DNA of 52,402 nucleotides, counting the filler, from Catajapyx aquilonaris (taxonomy: Eukaryota): the NCBI GenBank assembly GCA_000934665.2. It is 2 parts of 2 records of this genome, joined end to end, with 100 filler letters (N's around TTAATTAATTAA, not from the genome) between each part and the next. Parts side by side here need not be neighbours in the genome. Positions count along the whole stretch, not along the records: positions 1 to 26,148 come from JYFJ02005249.1; 1 more part is not named here. One strand, written 5' to 3'. Positions 1-10,896 of the stretch are shown one piece after another. Numbering within the stretch: position 1 is the first letter of the stretch; each line of letters begins with the position of its first letter. Both the position numbers and the translations under genes were made by a program. Under the pieces are notes generated by a model. The model made no database searches, was not told where the DNA came from, and worked only from the letters and a program-made list of their open reading frames with translations.

Positions 1-184
1 GGAACTGATATCTTAAAACGGAATATGCCAAAAAAATCCAAAAAATATGGGCGAATTTATTATGTAGTTTCCAAAATGAAGGCTAGTTCCCCATTCTGCA
101 CTCACATATGGCAATACAGTTTTCGCATAATGAACACAAGAAAATAACCTTCTTGACATGTTTTTCCAGGGTTCTTTACCTGTA

Positions 185-346
185 CAGTACTGGCCAATAA
201 TCGAGGCAACGACTAGCGACATTTTCCCGAAGCGGCAGAAGAAGGAATCGAAGATAAGCATGCTAGAAGCCGGGCGAGCAAGATTCCTTCTTCTGACGCT
301 TCGGGAAAATGTCGCTAGTCGTTGCCTAGATTATTGGCCAGTACTG
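185..346. mobile_element. Palindromic Tc1/mariner-type MITE
   Basis: About 65-bp near-perfect inverted arms (CAGTACTGGCCAATAATC...GATTATTGGCCAGTACTG), TA on both sides (183-184, 347-348). Lies in the ENPP intron. Confidence 0.8.
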
Positions 347-429
347 TACCTGAACATATTTTGAATTTTGCTCTGTCATAGAATAGTAGTGGGGCTGGCC
401 AGAATTTATAATATCATTTTTCCATCTAG

Positions 430-1059
430 GTCAACATCATTATAGTCTCTGACCATGGGATGAAACATGTTGGCATCCACTCAAACGTGAAGTACATCCC
501 TCTCCGCAGCTATGTGAGTCCTGATGACATCAGATTCGTCTTGGACCGAGGTGCAATGGTTGCGATATCCCCACTGGTTCACAAGAAAGAAGCTGTCTTT
601 AAGCAGCTCCAAAAAATGCCTGGAGTCAATGTGTACTTGAAGGATAGTATTCCAGAGCGTTACCACTATAAGAAAAGTCGACTTGTACAGGATATACTGC
701 TTGTGGCTAAAGATGGATACTTTATTGATCCCATGCCTGGCCACAAGCAGATCCCCCTAGATGAAGGTGGAAGAATGTGGGGTGGACAGCATGGGTATGA
801 TCCAGAAGATTCAGACATGAGATCTATATTTTTTGCTTCTGGACCAGACTTCAAAAAGAATGAAGTTCGTCCACCAATTCAAATGGTTGATATATACCAG
901 CTGTATACTCATTTGTTGGGTGTGCAACCAAAGCCACATAATGGCACTTGGGAGAATGTGGCAGGACTTCTGGTTGGCTCTGCATCAACCCAGGTGGTGA
1001 ATGGGATTTTGTTCTCCTTGACTTTAGTTACACTGCAATTATATTATTCCCACTTTTGA
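430..1059 (+). CDS. Terminal exon of an ectonucleotide pyrophosphatase/phosphodiesterase (ENPP family, ENPP6-like); 5' exons lie outside the window
   Basis: Acceptor ttttccatctag at 429, then VNIIIVSDHGM, IPERYHY, GQHGYDP, DMRSIFFASGPDFK, VDIYQLYTHLLGVQPKPHNGT, all ENPP/phosphodiesterase motifs. Short hydrophobic C-terminal tail (GPI-signal-like). AATAAA at 1201. Confidence 0.9.
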   Translation, partial: VNIIIVSDHGMKHVGIHSNVKYIPLRSYVSPDDIRFVLDRGAMVAISPLVHKKEAVFKQLQKMPGVNVYLKDSIPERYHYKKSRLVQDILLVAKDGYFIDPMPGHKQIPLDEGGRMWGGQHGYDPEDSDMRSIFFASGPDFKKNEVRPPIQMVDIYQLYTHLLGVQPKPHNGTWENVAGLLVGSASTQVVNGILFSLTLVTLQLYYSHF

Positions 1060-1491
1060 CAAGTGTCTGGGGCACTTTGTGTAAAGTGACTGTATGTAAA
1101 TTATGCAATATGTCGGTATGTATTCCACCACAGGTTCACTTCTGACCATTTGACTGCAAGCATTAATAACTGGATGGTGTCCATGTGCACTTCTCAGGCA
1201 AATAAAGTATCATGCAGTACCCGAACTCTCAGGCCCTGTGGCAAACATGACCCACACGGAATTTTAATGAAAAAGTGTTTTGGACAAATACAATAATATC
1301 ATTGGTCAGAGACTCAATCCTCAGCACCCAAGTGATGTCAACTAACCAAAAATTACACCTGTATTATCACTCTTAGAACAGTGTGGAAATACTGAGTCAA
1401 GATTGACACAGTGGATGGTGAGATAAATAACCAGTAACATCAGTGGTGTATGACACATCATATGATGCCATTATTGATTTTGCTTATTATA

Positions 1492-1834
1492 CAGGTTGAG
1501 AAAACTTTATCGAAAATGCTTGGCACCGGAAGTGTTTCATATTTTGGATTTGTATGAATTTTGGAACATTTCCATTTGCATCTATAAAATGGGACAGCTT
1601 TGGGATGGAACTTATGCCTAAAAACGATATCCATTTACATTTCATAATAAGTTATACATAAATCCTGAAGATAGTTTCATATAAATTTTAAATTATTTTG
1701 TGTGTACAGAGACAGGCAATGACACTAGACATGTTACACTCTCATAAAATTTTCCGTCATGTGATGTCAGGTGTCTTTAAATGCTTTCGAATATTTGAGG
1801 TTTTTGGAATTTCTGATAGAGGATTCTTAACCTG
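1492..1834. mobile_element. pogo/Tigger-like MITE
   Basis: Termini CAGGTTGAG...CTTAACCTG with TA TSD (1490-1491, 1835-1836). The internal sequence resembles Tigger4/MER46-type elements as recalled from memory. Confidence 0.7.
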
Positions 1835-3790
1835 TATGACTAAATTGTACGGTGTAATTTCATAATAATTTACAATTTTATAGTAACTTCCCCCATGAAA
1901 AAATATTTTTTAGTCTTGTAAAATTTTTACATAAGTAGAAATTACTCGTACAAATTATTCCATTATAAATGCTGAACACAATAATGATGATTATGCACAC
2001 TGAGCAAATCTCCAGTTCCAGCTGGAGCTAGATGAAGAAATTATGGATTACATATGCGAGCAACCAGTTGTAAAGAGATGCAACAATTGGAACCGAATGT
2101 GGCCTTGATGGTTGTTGTTTCCCTTTTAGACTGGTGCCGGTATCTGAAAAAGTAATAATAATCTGTACCGGTATATCCCTAACCAACTTGAACTGAGGAG
2201 TTGGTCATTGGACCACCCAATAAAAATTTAGCAGAATTTATTTTGAGTAACTTTTTCTTTTTTGTGTACGTGAATTTTCATCTTTTTACCAATATGAATC
2301 TTAACTGGATTAATCCTATCCTGTACTATAAATGCCATAATCTGTTTATCTTAGGAATTTTTCTTCAATTTCCCAACAAAGCAGAAGGCTGAGACTTGGT
2401 GCATTCATTGGTTATACACTGAAAACCAACAGCATCACTACACTGACAAGTGAGAGTAGTGTTGAAATCTGGTGTCCCTTCTCAAGAGGTAAGTCAAGAG
2501 GTAAATGCACCCACAATTGGACAAGTAAAGTATGTGTGTGAATTTTGTACGCTTGCTTTTCCTTGTTTCAGATGTCATCCGCCATTAGGCTTGCTCCCGG
2601 GTTGCGACTTGCGTTTTAAGCCTGGTAATATACACTCCCCTGAAAGTTCCTTACCCAAACACAAACTTGCTTTTCACTTAACAAGGTATAGGCGGTACTT
2701 GTATTTGTTTAATGGTGAAGTGTACTGATGGGGCAGGTAATTGAGTGACACTGCCCTACATTGCATTTTGTAGCATCAGCCATTTGAAAATGTGGTAAAA
2801 TGAGATAATTTGCTTGACGCTGTGCCACTAGCGTTGTTTTTTTTGTACACTTTATCTGACGAGATCGGTGGTAGGGGTCTATCCTTAATATGTTTGTCAA
2901 CTGATAGTTAATTTCACATTTCACTTTTATTCCTGCATTGCCATAATGCGAGCCATACCAGTATGCTGTAGTCATTGCTGTAGGCCTACCTTTTCCGGAA
3001 AAAAAATTCAAGTTGATGTAGGCTAATTATTTCAAGCCGAAGCAGTGGCTATTTGTTAAGAAGAAGATGAGAGAGGCAATTAGGTCATTTAAATGTGCAC
3101 TTTGCTAAGACCAGGAATATATTGAACATCCAAATCGCCACGTTGCTCTCGAACATGCATTGAAACATGGTCTGCAGTTTTCAATAGAGGAAAAGACATA
3201 ATTATGTAGGTGTAATATCAGAAGTGGCGTTGCTTTTTAGTAACAAGATGTTATGCAAGCGTGTCACCAGAACTCCAGCTATATAGGTGCTATTGAACGA
3301 TTTTTTTTTGTAACTCCAGCTGATCATTCATGTCTTCTGATATTGCCAATTTGGTATGGCGCCACCATTAACATCATCCAGTATGATTAGTTTCAGATAT
3401 GTCAGGCTTCGGAACAGAATGGAAGAGGCTGGCCGTCGCGTCGTGTCATCATCATTGTTAGATGTATTGTTACTTGTCTTTCCCGTCTCCTCATTCTTTA
3501 CCTCCACTCCAAACCACCTGCAGCTTCCACACCCCCCTGGGCCCAGGAGTAATCAATTGATGTGCATGTTATTTATAGCACGTATTAATTGGCATTATCA
3601 TAACAATGGGTGATGCTGGAGTTACTGATAACAACTTGGATGACATGAGCAGCTCATGTGACATTGTTGGTAAGGCACCTGGCCACACACTGTTATAATC
3701 AGTGTCTGGTGAGATGGTGACGCACTTGCTGAGTTGCTGGTTAAAATAACAAGCACATGGCACATTTGCCTAACTAGATCCGTGATTTAG

Positions 3791-3897
3791 GTACTATATC
3801 ACTCAAAAACATAGAGACGATTTTGCATTTGATTCAAGTGCAGGCTGCACTTGAGTCAAATGCAAAATCGTCTCTATGTTTTTGAGCGATATAGTAC
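3791..3897. mobile_element. Fold-back palindromic MITE, copy 1
   Basis: Near-perfect ~105-bp hairpin GTACTATATCACTCAAAAACATAGAGACG...CGTCTCTATGTTTTTGAGCGATATAGTAC. A second copy lies at 46421-46525. Confidence 0.8.
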
Positions 3898-5692
3898 ATT
3901 TATTATTCAGTGAAGATGTTCAGAGTTTTGAGCTGTAGTGGCCTGCTAGTGGCAAAAGCATACTTTGTACTCCTCATTTACAGGTGGCACAGATGCATGC
4001 GTGCTTCAAGTTGCCTAGCTTTCATCTGCTCCATTACAACGTTCATTTTGGGATGATTCTGCACTGAAAAAGCTATTTTTCTTCCGTGGTAAACATGGAT
4101 GTTAATAATCACTTGATATTTTACTCAGTGCTTTATGCAGTCCTGTTGAAACAAGTTTGTTGTGTTGCTTATTCCCATTTCATCCTATACATGGCATCGG
4201 GTAATGTTTGCAGACACTCTCCAGGCGGTGTCGGTCGAGTCCAGTAATTTCTCTTGTGGGGCTGGTTTGCCCCGGGCCTTAGTTGGCCCCTGTAGTTGTA
4301 GAGTCAGTGTCCGGTCCACATCTCGGCTGCTTCTGCTGCCACACCTGACCTCGTGGGCACCAAAGTACAGGGTATGCCCGACGGGCCTGTGCGAGTCTGT
4401 CTTCTATGGGATGGCAAAACTAGTGCTTTTGGCTTCTCATTGGGATGACCTTCGACGGGGTCCCGAGTAGGCGCACCCTGTACCGCACGACCACCGATGG
4501 ACAGAAGACGTCATTAAACTCTAATCATGCAGTCACGCAATGAGTTGCGACGGAATACAATGTCTCGTCAGGGTGCCACATCCCACATGTCTCATTATAG
4601 CCTTCACTTGGCATATAATGTCTCAGGGTGCGTACACCCGACGTGTCTCGTTGTATGTCCTGAGTGCTCATCGTGTCCCAGGGTTATCGATGCTTCGAAG
4701 GTCAGAAGGCGAGAGGAAGGGTTCGAAAAAGGCATCCGGATATAAGGCACGGTGCGAGGGTGGATTCAAAGGTGCTGTACGATGACCCCGAACACTGTTG
4801 CCCAGGATGTCCTTTTCAACCCGAATCTTTTGTGGACCACTTGAGCTTATTCTACCGGCGACAATGAAAATGCGACCGTGGAAGGAAATGCTCACGTGGG
4901 CTTATTAAGATCAGGTCGCAGATGACACAGGCGACACTGCGATACCAGCACATGTGATGCTTGTAATTGCGATATGAGACTCCCGAACTTATATTGAGAG
5001 ATATTTATTTTTTAATAAAAATGTCACTCAGACTTTACGAATAGATGCTGAGCCAATCAGAATGAGCCAGAGTTTTATAAGCAGGCTAATGTTTTGAATG
5101 ACATGAAATATTACTGCACCAGTTATCTACACTCTTTAGACCGAGACGTACGCATGTGCAGTAAATTGAATTTTTGCACTGCGTTGCAGTAAAGGCACAC
5201 GCAATAGTATTGCCTGAAAGCTGACGAAGTCATACTTACTGAATTTTTATAGAATTTATTTTGCGTGGCAGAAAGCATGCGATTGATTTCAAATGGAGTA
5301 AGAGAGAATATGCATTGAGATAGGCGCATGACCTGGATGTTTTCAGGTCGATATCAAATGTATATTGTACTTCCTATGTTTAAGCATGTTCATTTGCAGA
5401 TCAGCACTCAGGTACGTGCAGGTACAGAGATGTACTGTACATGTGTTTTTGGTATTCACCTTCTGAAAATGCATAAGGTGAGCTTGCTTGTCTGAACTTG
5501 CCCTACGTCGTAATGGTGACAAAATAAGTCTCGATATTGGTAGGCGGTTTTAGGATGTCACTCATCTCTATACACCTTCATTACATTATTGTTGATAGTT
5601 TCCTTCAAAGTATATGGCACAGTATTACTGCCCGATATGAGTACACGGAATGGATGTAAGATATTACAAGATAGTGCTGATGAATATTCCTC

Positions 5693-5995
5693 CTATTGAA
5701 TTCAGCTGTTTTAAGCATTAATGGTGGTTAATAAGAACAGAAAAGCTTGACATTTCCAGCTTTATGCTGTAAAAGTGGAAAAATAGACTGCGTGTGCTAT
5801 TGAATTCAGATCTGCGTACATGTAATAGTCATTGCAAACAATAATAATGCTTGACATTCCCAGTTATATGCTGGAAAAGTGGAAAAATAGACTGCCTGTG
5901 CTATTGAATTCAGATCTGCATGTAATAGTCATCGCTAATAATAATAATAATAATGCTTGACATTTTTCCAGCTTTATGCTGGAGCGATGGAAATA
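5693..5995. repeat. Tandem repeat, ~104-bp unit, ~3 copies
   Basis: CTATTGAATTCAG recurs at ~5693, ~5797 and ~5901, each followed by a GCTTGACAT...ATGCTG block. Confidence 0.75.
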
Positions 5996-7002
5996 TATGG
6001 AAATATAAAGTTATGTGCTAATCGATTTCAAACCTAAAACCTAAACTGATATTAATTTCATACCGTATCAGCCTTAAAGCACATATAAATAAAAGGTAGG
6101 AGAAGGTGACCAGAATTTCTGTACTGCACACTAATAAAGGAATGAATGAATGAATAAATAAAATGCCATTACTGGAGTGCCACGCTCCATATTTTTCTAT
6201 CAGGGATAGACCAGCTGGCTGGACCAGCATCACACATCCCTATATGGGGTTCAATATTATTATCATGCAGGTAGAGCTAGATGTAATATTATATTTTGTC
6301 ACTATCATACCGATTAGGTCGGTGTTCAGCAAACAAGAGCTAGGTGAATCTCGCTGGGTACTTGTGGTAAAGGTGCGTAAGAGATGATGTTCCTGACTGG
6401 TGATGGCCACAACTATATATATAGAAGGTCGTAGTGGCCCATCACCTAATAGGCGGAACATTGATGGTAATTTGGTACATGGAGCTTCTGATACGTATAC
6501 CAGCATGCGAATAACCCAAGTGTATGGTCGAATTGATTTCTAAGGTGTTATGTTGTTGTGGTTCACGAGATTTTCCGCTATACCCAAAGTGTGGTGGAAG
6601 TGCGTTCCTCTGACATGCCACTCTTTGATATATGGAGAGACATGCAGCGAGGATAGGCAAAATCAGGTTAGTTGAACCAGGTTAGCAGCGTTTCTCTTTC
6701 AGTCTAGGCCTACCGTCGCAAACTTCGTATCACACGCGTAGGATCGAAGTTCATCTTAGCGTCAGTGTAGGATATATATAGGGTATATACACAGGCTAGA
6801 TCAGGTTAGCAGCGTTTCTCTTTCAGCACCTTTGGGAATGCAACCCATGCCAGAGTTGCTTTGTTCGTCTCCTCCGTCCATTTTGGGCCCATGTGATACC
6901 CATGCAGACGGACAGGAGACACTTCTGTACCGGTACGAATAACTCAGTGGTCCGAGGTCACTATATGAACTGGCCTCGTAGAGTCAATGCGTGTTTACAA
7001 GA

Positions 7003-9450
7003 TAGTCCAGGAAAGATACGGTTTGGGGTCAAAAAAATTGCAATAGAATTGAATTTTTCACCATCGTGTTCAGAAAAATGAGGAGAACAACATATCCAAA
7101 ATTCAACGCAATCGGAGCACGGGAAACCGCCGCCATATTGGAAAAATGGCGGCGAAAATAGGTTTTTTGCATTTATCTCGTATATGGCTGCATGTATGTG
7201 AATATATGTAGATAACAAAGTGAAAGACCGAACTGTTGTACACATATTCGATCCCTATCATTTTCTTGTAGAGGCTATCGCTACAAAGATACCGCCTATT
7301 ACATTGACACCATAGTCCAGGAGAGATAAGGAATCCCAAAGAAGTGCAACAAAAATTATTTTTTCACCATCGTGTTCGAAAAAGGAAATGTGCAGAATGC
7401 CATATCCAAAAGCTCACACGAATTAGTGCTAGGAAAACCGCCGCCATCTTGATAAATGGCGGCTAAAGTAGATTTTCTATATTTATCTCGTAATTCAATT
7501 GGAAGGACAATGTACCCTGTAGTTAACAAATATGAAATGCTTTTAAACGCATTTTAATTAGAAATGACATGTACATTGTAGCTTAATCATTTTAAGATTG
7601 GAACAACTATGTTAAATTACAAAATAGTAGATATTTAGTGAAAAAGCATAAATATAATTAAACAAAAGTGCAAATAAGCGCTGATTACATTGCGGTTTCT
7701 GAATTTACCTGCTATTTATTTTATGGCAGTTCTAGTTCGTCACAATCTTCTTCACCAATGTCTAGTTTATTTTGACATCCATCTTCTAACAGTGGGCACA
7801 AGCAATATTGTACACTCTAAACCATTCTTCCTGCAGCTGCAACGCATAGTACCACATGATTTCACACAACTGCAGTGGATTATAGACAGCAATGATGGTG
7901 GGGCAGGAGGTAGATCAGTCGTAACTGGATAATACTAATCTTTTCTCAATTCCCATCCCCAGTCACCTGGATTCAAAGACTCTTCTTCCATCTTCCATGC
8001 ACATATCTGATAATAGACACGCAAAGCGTGGTACTTCGTGGCAGATGCTGTGGGAGGTATAGTCTTTCAGGTATAACAAAGCATTTGGATGCAATAATTT
8101 TCGCTGTTAACATACGTTGACGCAGATGGGTCAGTGTCTCACCCTGTTTAGCACCAAAAAACACGACCATGGCATTTTCTCCTGCCAAAGCTATGTCTGG
8201 AGTAGTTTGGTTTGCAGAAGAGAATTGATCTGCGACAACGGCGAAATTTTTGTCAGTTATTAGTTTGTTGAAGGCCTTTTGTTTTCCTATACCAAAAATT
8301 CTTGATGTACTATCGCAGCCAGTAAAGGCATGCACGAAAAGCAGTCTTCTACAAACGTCAAATCCTAGTCTTTGTTTTATATCATGAATATCAAATGTTG
8401 ATCTGGTATGCCTCAGTCGGTCAATATCACTGCGGTAGTACAAAAGGAACTGGTTTGGTTTAGAGTGGAACAACAGTAGGATAAGGACATCGGTATCTTC
8501 TCCTATTACAGGTATACCATTATACGTTTCGTACGCGGGCAGTTTTGGCAATCTCCGTGTCAGCATCCCCATTTGCATGAATAACAGTGATCCCTTTTCT
8601 CTGAAGATGTTCGCTTATAAGAATTAGCATCCTCTGCTTGTTGCTGTTATTGCAATAACAGCAACAAGCAGAAGATGCTAATTCTCATAGGCGAAATTCA
8701 CAGGAAAGAAGGACCAATTCTTATCCATGGATAAGAATTGGTCCTTCTTTCCTGTGAATTTCGTTTCTGGCAAAAAATTAACAGTAAGACTGATGTTTGT
8801 GCCTCCTCTGCGTTGGTTAGTATTGTCCTTTATAGACGGGCCTCCTTCATAGCCATCAAAAATGATAAAGCAATTGCCGTATTTTCTATGAGCAAAATCG
8901 GCATATGAAGTAGCAATATCTGCATAGGTTGTTTCATTACACCATTGGATACGGTGAAGAAATGAGCCTCCATCAAGTAGATACAGGTGTGGGCCATCAG
9001 GAAGCTTGTCTTCCAAAGTTTGCACCCCGACGTGCTGCGATATAACATGTGCCAAAGGAGATTTGTCTGCCTTTCGAAGCATCGTCCCTGATTCAAATAA
9101 GGAAGGGGGATATGCCGTAGGGCAGTTACATAGGGTCTGTGTAATCGGCGGTATCTTTGTAGTGACAACTCCTGCAAGAAAATGATAGGGATCGAATATG
9201 TGTAAAACAGTGCAGTACTTCACTTTGTTATCTACATATATTCACATACATGCAGCCATATACGAGATAAATGCAAAAAACCTATTTTCGCCGCCATTTT
9301 TCCAATATGGCGGCGTCTTCCCGTGCTCCGATTGCGTTGAATTTTGGATATGTTGTTCTCCACATTTTTCTGAACACGAAGGTGAAAAATTCAATTCTAT
9401 TGCAATTTCTTTGGGGTTAGGGCTATTTTTTTCGTATCTTTCCTGGACTA
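7003..9450 (-). mobile_element. Academ-type (AcademX) DNA transposon, decayed and composite
   Basis: About 300-bp TIRs (7003-~7310 and ~9137-9450), termini TAGTCCAGG...CCTGGACTA, 3-bp TSD AGA (7000-7002, 9451-9453). Internal minus-strand XPG-like + CXC pseudo-ORF. TAG termini, long TIRs, 3-bp TSD and XPG + Cys-finger match the described AcademX architecture. Confidence 0.75.
7765..9130 (-). pseudogene. Frameshifted C-terminal half of an Academ protein (PIN/XPG-like nuclease + tesmin/CXC zinc finger)
   Basis: Motifs across frames: YPPSLF..LRKADKS, YLLDGGSFLHRIQW, IIFDGY..PSIKD, ANGDAD, VIGEDTDVLILLL, LFVHAFTGCDSTSRIFGIGK (H3TH-like), LPPTASATKYHALRVYYQ..W, and IHCSCVKSCGTMRCSCRKNGLECT. Several frameshifts and stops; truncated at the 5' end. 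Confidence 0.8.
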
Positions 9451-10896
9451 AGAGTACGACCGGAGGAGAGAAGAAAAAGTTGGCTGTTTATTGTGGCACA
9501 AAACGAGCTTGGGAAATTGTGCATGACAATCATGGTAAGCATTCATTTTTGACTTCATTATAATATTATTAAGCAACCATCATAGGTTGAACTCATGTTT
9601 TTGCAGTAGTTAGTGTGCTGATGATAGTCCCTCGTGGGGCTTATGGCACGGCACTTTCCCTTCTTGATAAATTCACTTTCGGCCACACTGTTAAGAAGTT
9701 CATTTGAATGCAAGTCATTGATCACACCAAAATTGTGAAATTGTACGGTGCAATTGAAGCGAAAAAAAGCAGGGAATGCGTCCCGCATCACAAGTTGGAG
9801 CCTTGTCGCTGGTGATGTGCCTTTTTAACTAACCCCAACTCATTGCACCATCTCAAATGTAATTAACCTTCCTGTATCGAACCCTATTGATTTGGCATTT
9901 AGTATAGTATATGTACTGTACCGCCGAAGCGAGTACAGTTGATTTGGCATTTAAACAAGTAGTGTCAGTTATTAGCTCTTGGTCGCTCTTGGTAGTGTTC
10001 AGACATTTTTCTCGCAAGGGAGACTTCGATACAGGATTGTTTTATATTACTCACCAATGTACGTATGTGTAAAGTAATACCGGTATTTCCACATCTTTCA
10101 GATGCGACTAACAGATAGCAATAATAAACTGACTGAGAATAAACTCCGCAAAAGGGCGAGGCCACAAGTACAGAATACAGATGATTGGCTAACTCTCGAT
10201 CTTGCTGCCATCTGATGGAACATCATCACTTGAGCCTGCCATATGTCTCTGTATGAGGAGTACCACTTCCGGTAAATCCCAGGCCGAGAGTTACCAGGTT
10301 GGTTTCAATCCCCGTCGTTACATCGCAGTAATGCAAGAACAGGAAAGTCGATACCACGGTCGATACTCCTCTATCCAAGGAAAATTAGCCTGTAAAAATT
10401 AGGAATAAGGCTGAAGTAGCTGCTTCAAAGAGGCTTCATGACGTGCTTCATGAAGACAGTTGTGAGCTGGTAACTGTGATTTGTGTGAGCAGCGTGCTAC
10501 TCCGTGCAGCGTGTGCGAGCGTGTGAGTACTGAGTACGTGAGTAGCCAACATGGTAGCCAAGTAATCCCTGGCAGCGTGTCCACCAGCAGCGGTGTCCAC
10601 TGTCCACACCGGTCCACACTGTACGCTCCAGGCTCCACCGGCCCACCACTGCGTGGTTGTGTCAAGACTTTTCCACTGTTCTGGTACTTGGAGATTCGCA
10701 TCAACATCAGGGAAAAGAGAAATATAGTTCTCCCTTCCTCTATCAAGCTGCGTTGTGTGTGTGTGTGTGTGTGTGTGTGGAGTTGACGTTAAGAGGAGTT
10801 AGTTGGAGATCAGAGCACCAAACTCTGAGGAAGCGTACCAAGTGTATTGGTAACTGCTCGAGGACTGTGCCTCAAGCCCCTAAGGTAGTGTCAGAA

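Noticed and set aside
4535..4600. Type III hammerhead-like layout on the minus strand (AAUGAG-AC..CUGACGA-GAC..GUC-GCAA-CUCAUU)
   Set aside because: Two core mismatches (GAC for GUC, GCAA for GAAA) and a poor stem I. Likely chance or a dead copy. An Rfam cmscan would settle it.
5693..5995. CRISPR-like periodicity
   Set aside because: Whole ~104-bp units repeat with no unique spacers, the context is eukaryotic, and there are no cas genes.
6961..7245. Near-identical ORFs 6961-7245 (-) and 9198-9563 (+) suggesting a duplicated gene
   Set aside because: They are translations of the two Academ TIRs.
9612..9657. Hairpin containing CTGATGA (hammerhead- or SECIS-like)
   Set aside because: No GAAA after the stem and no SECIS GA quartet or AA loop.
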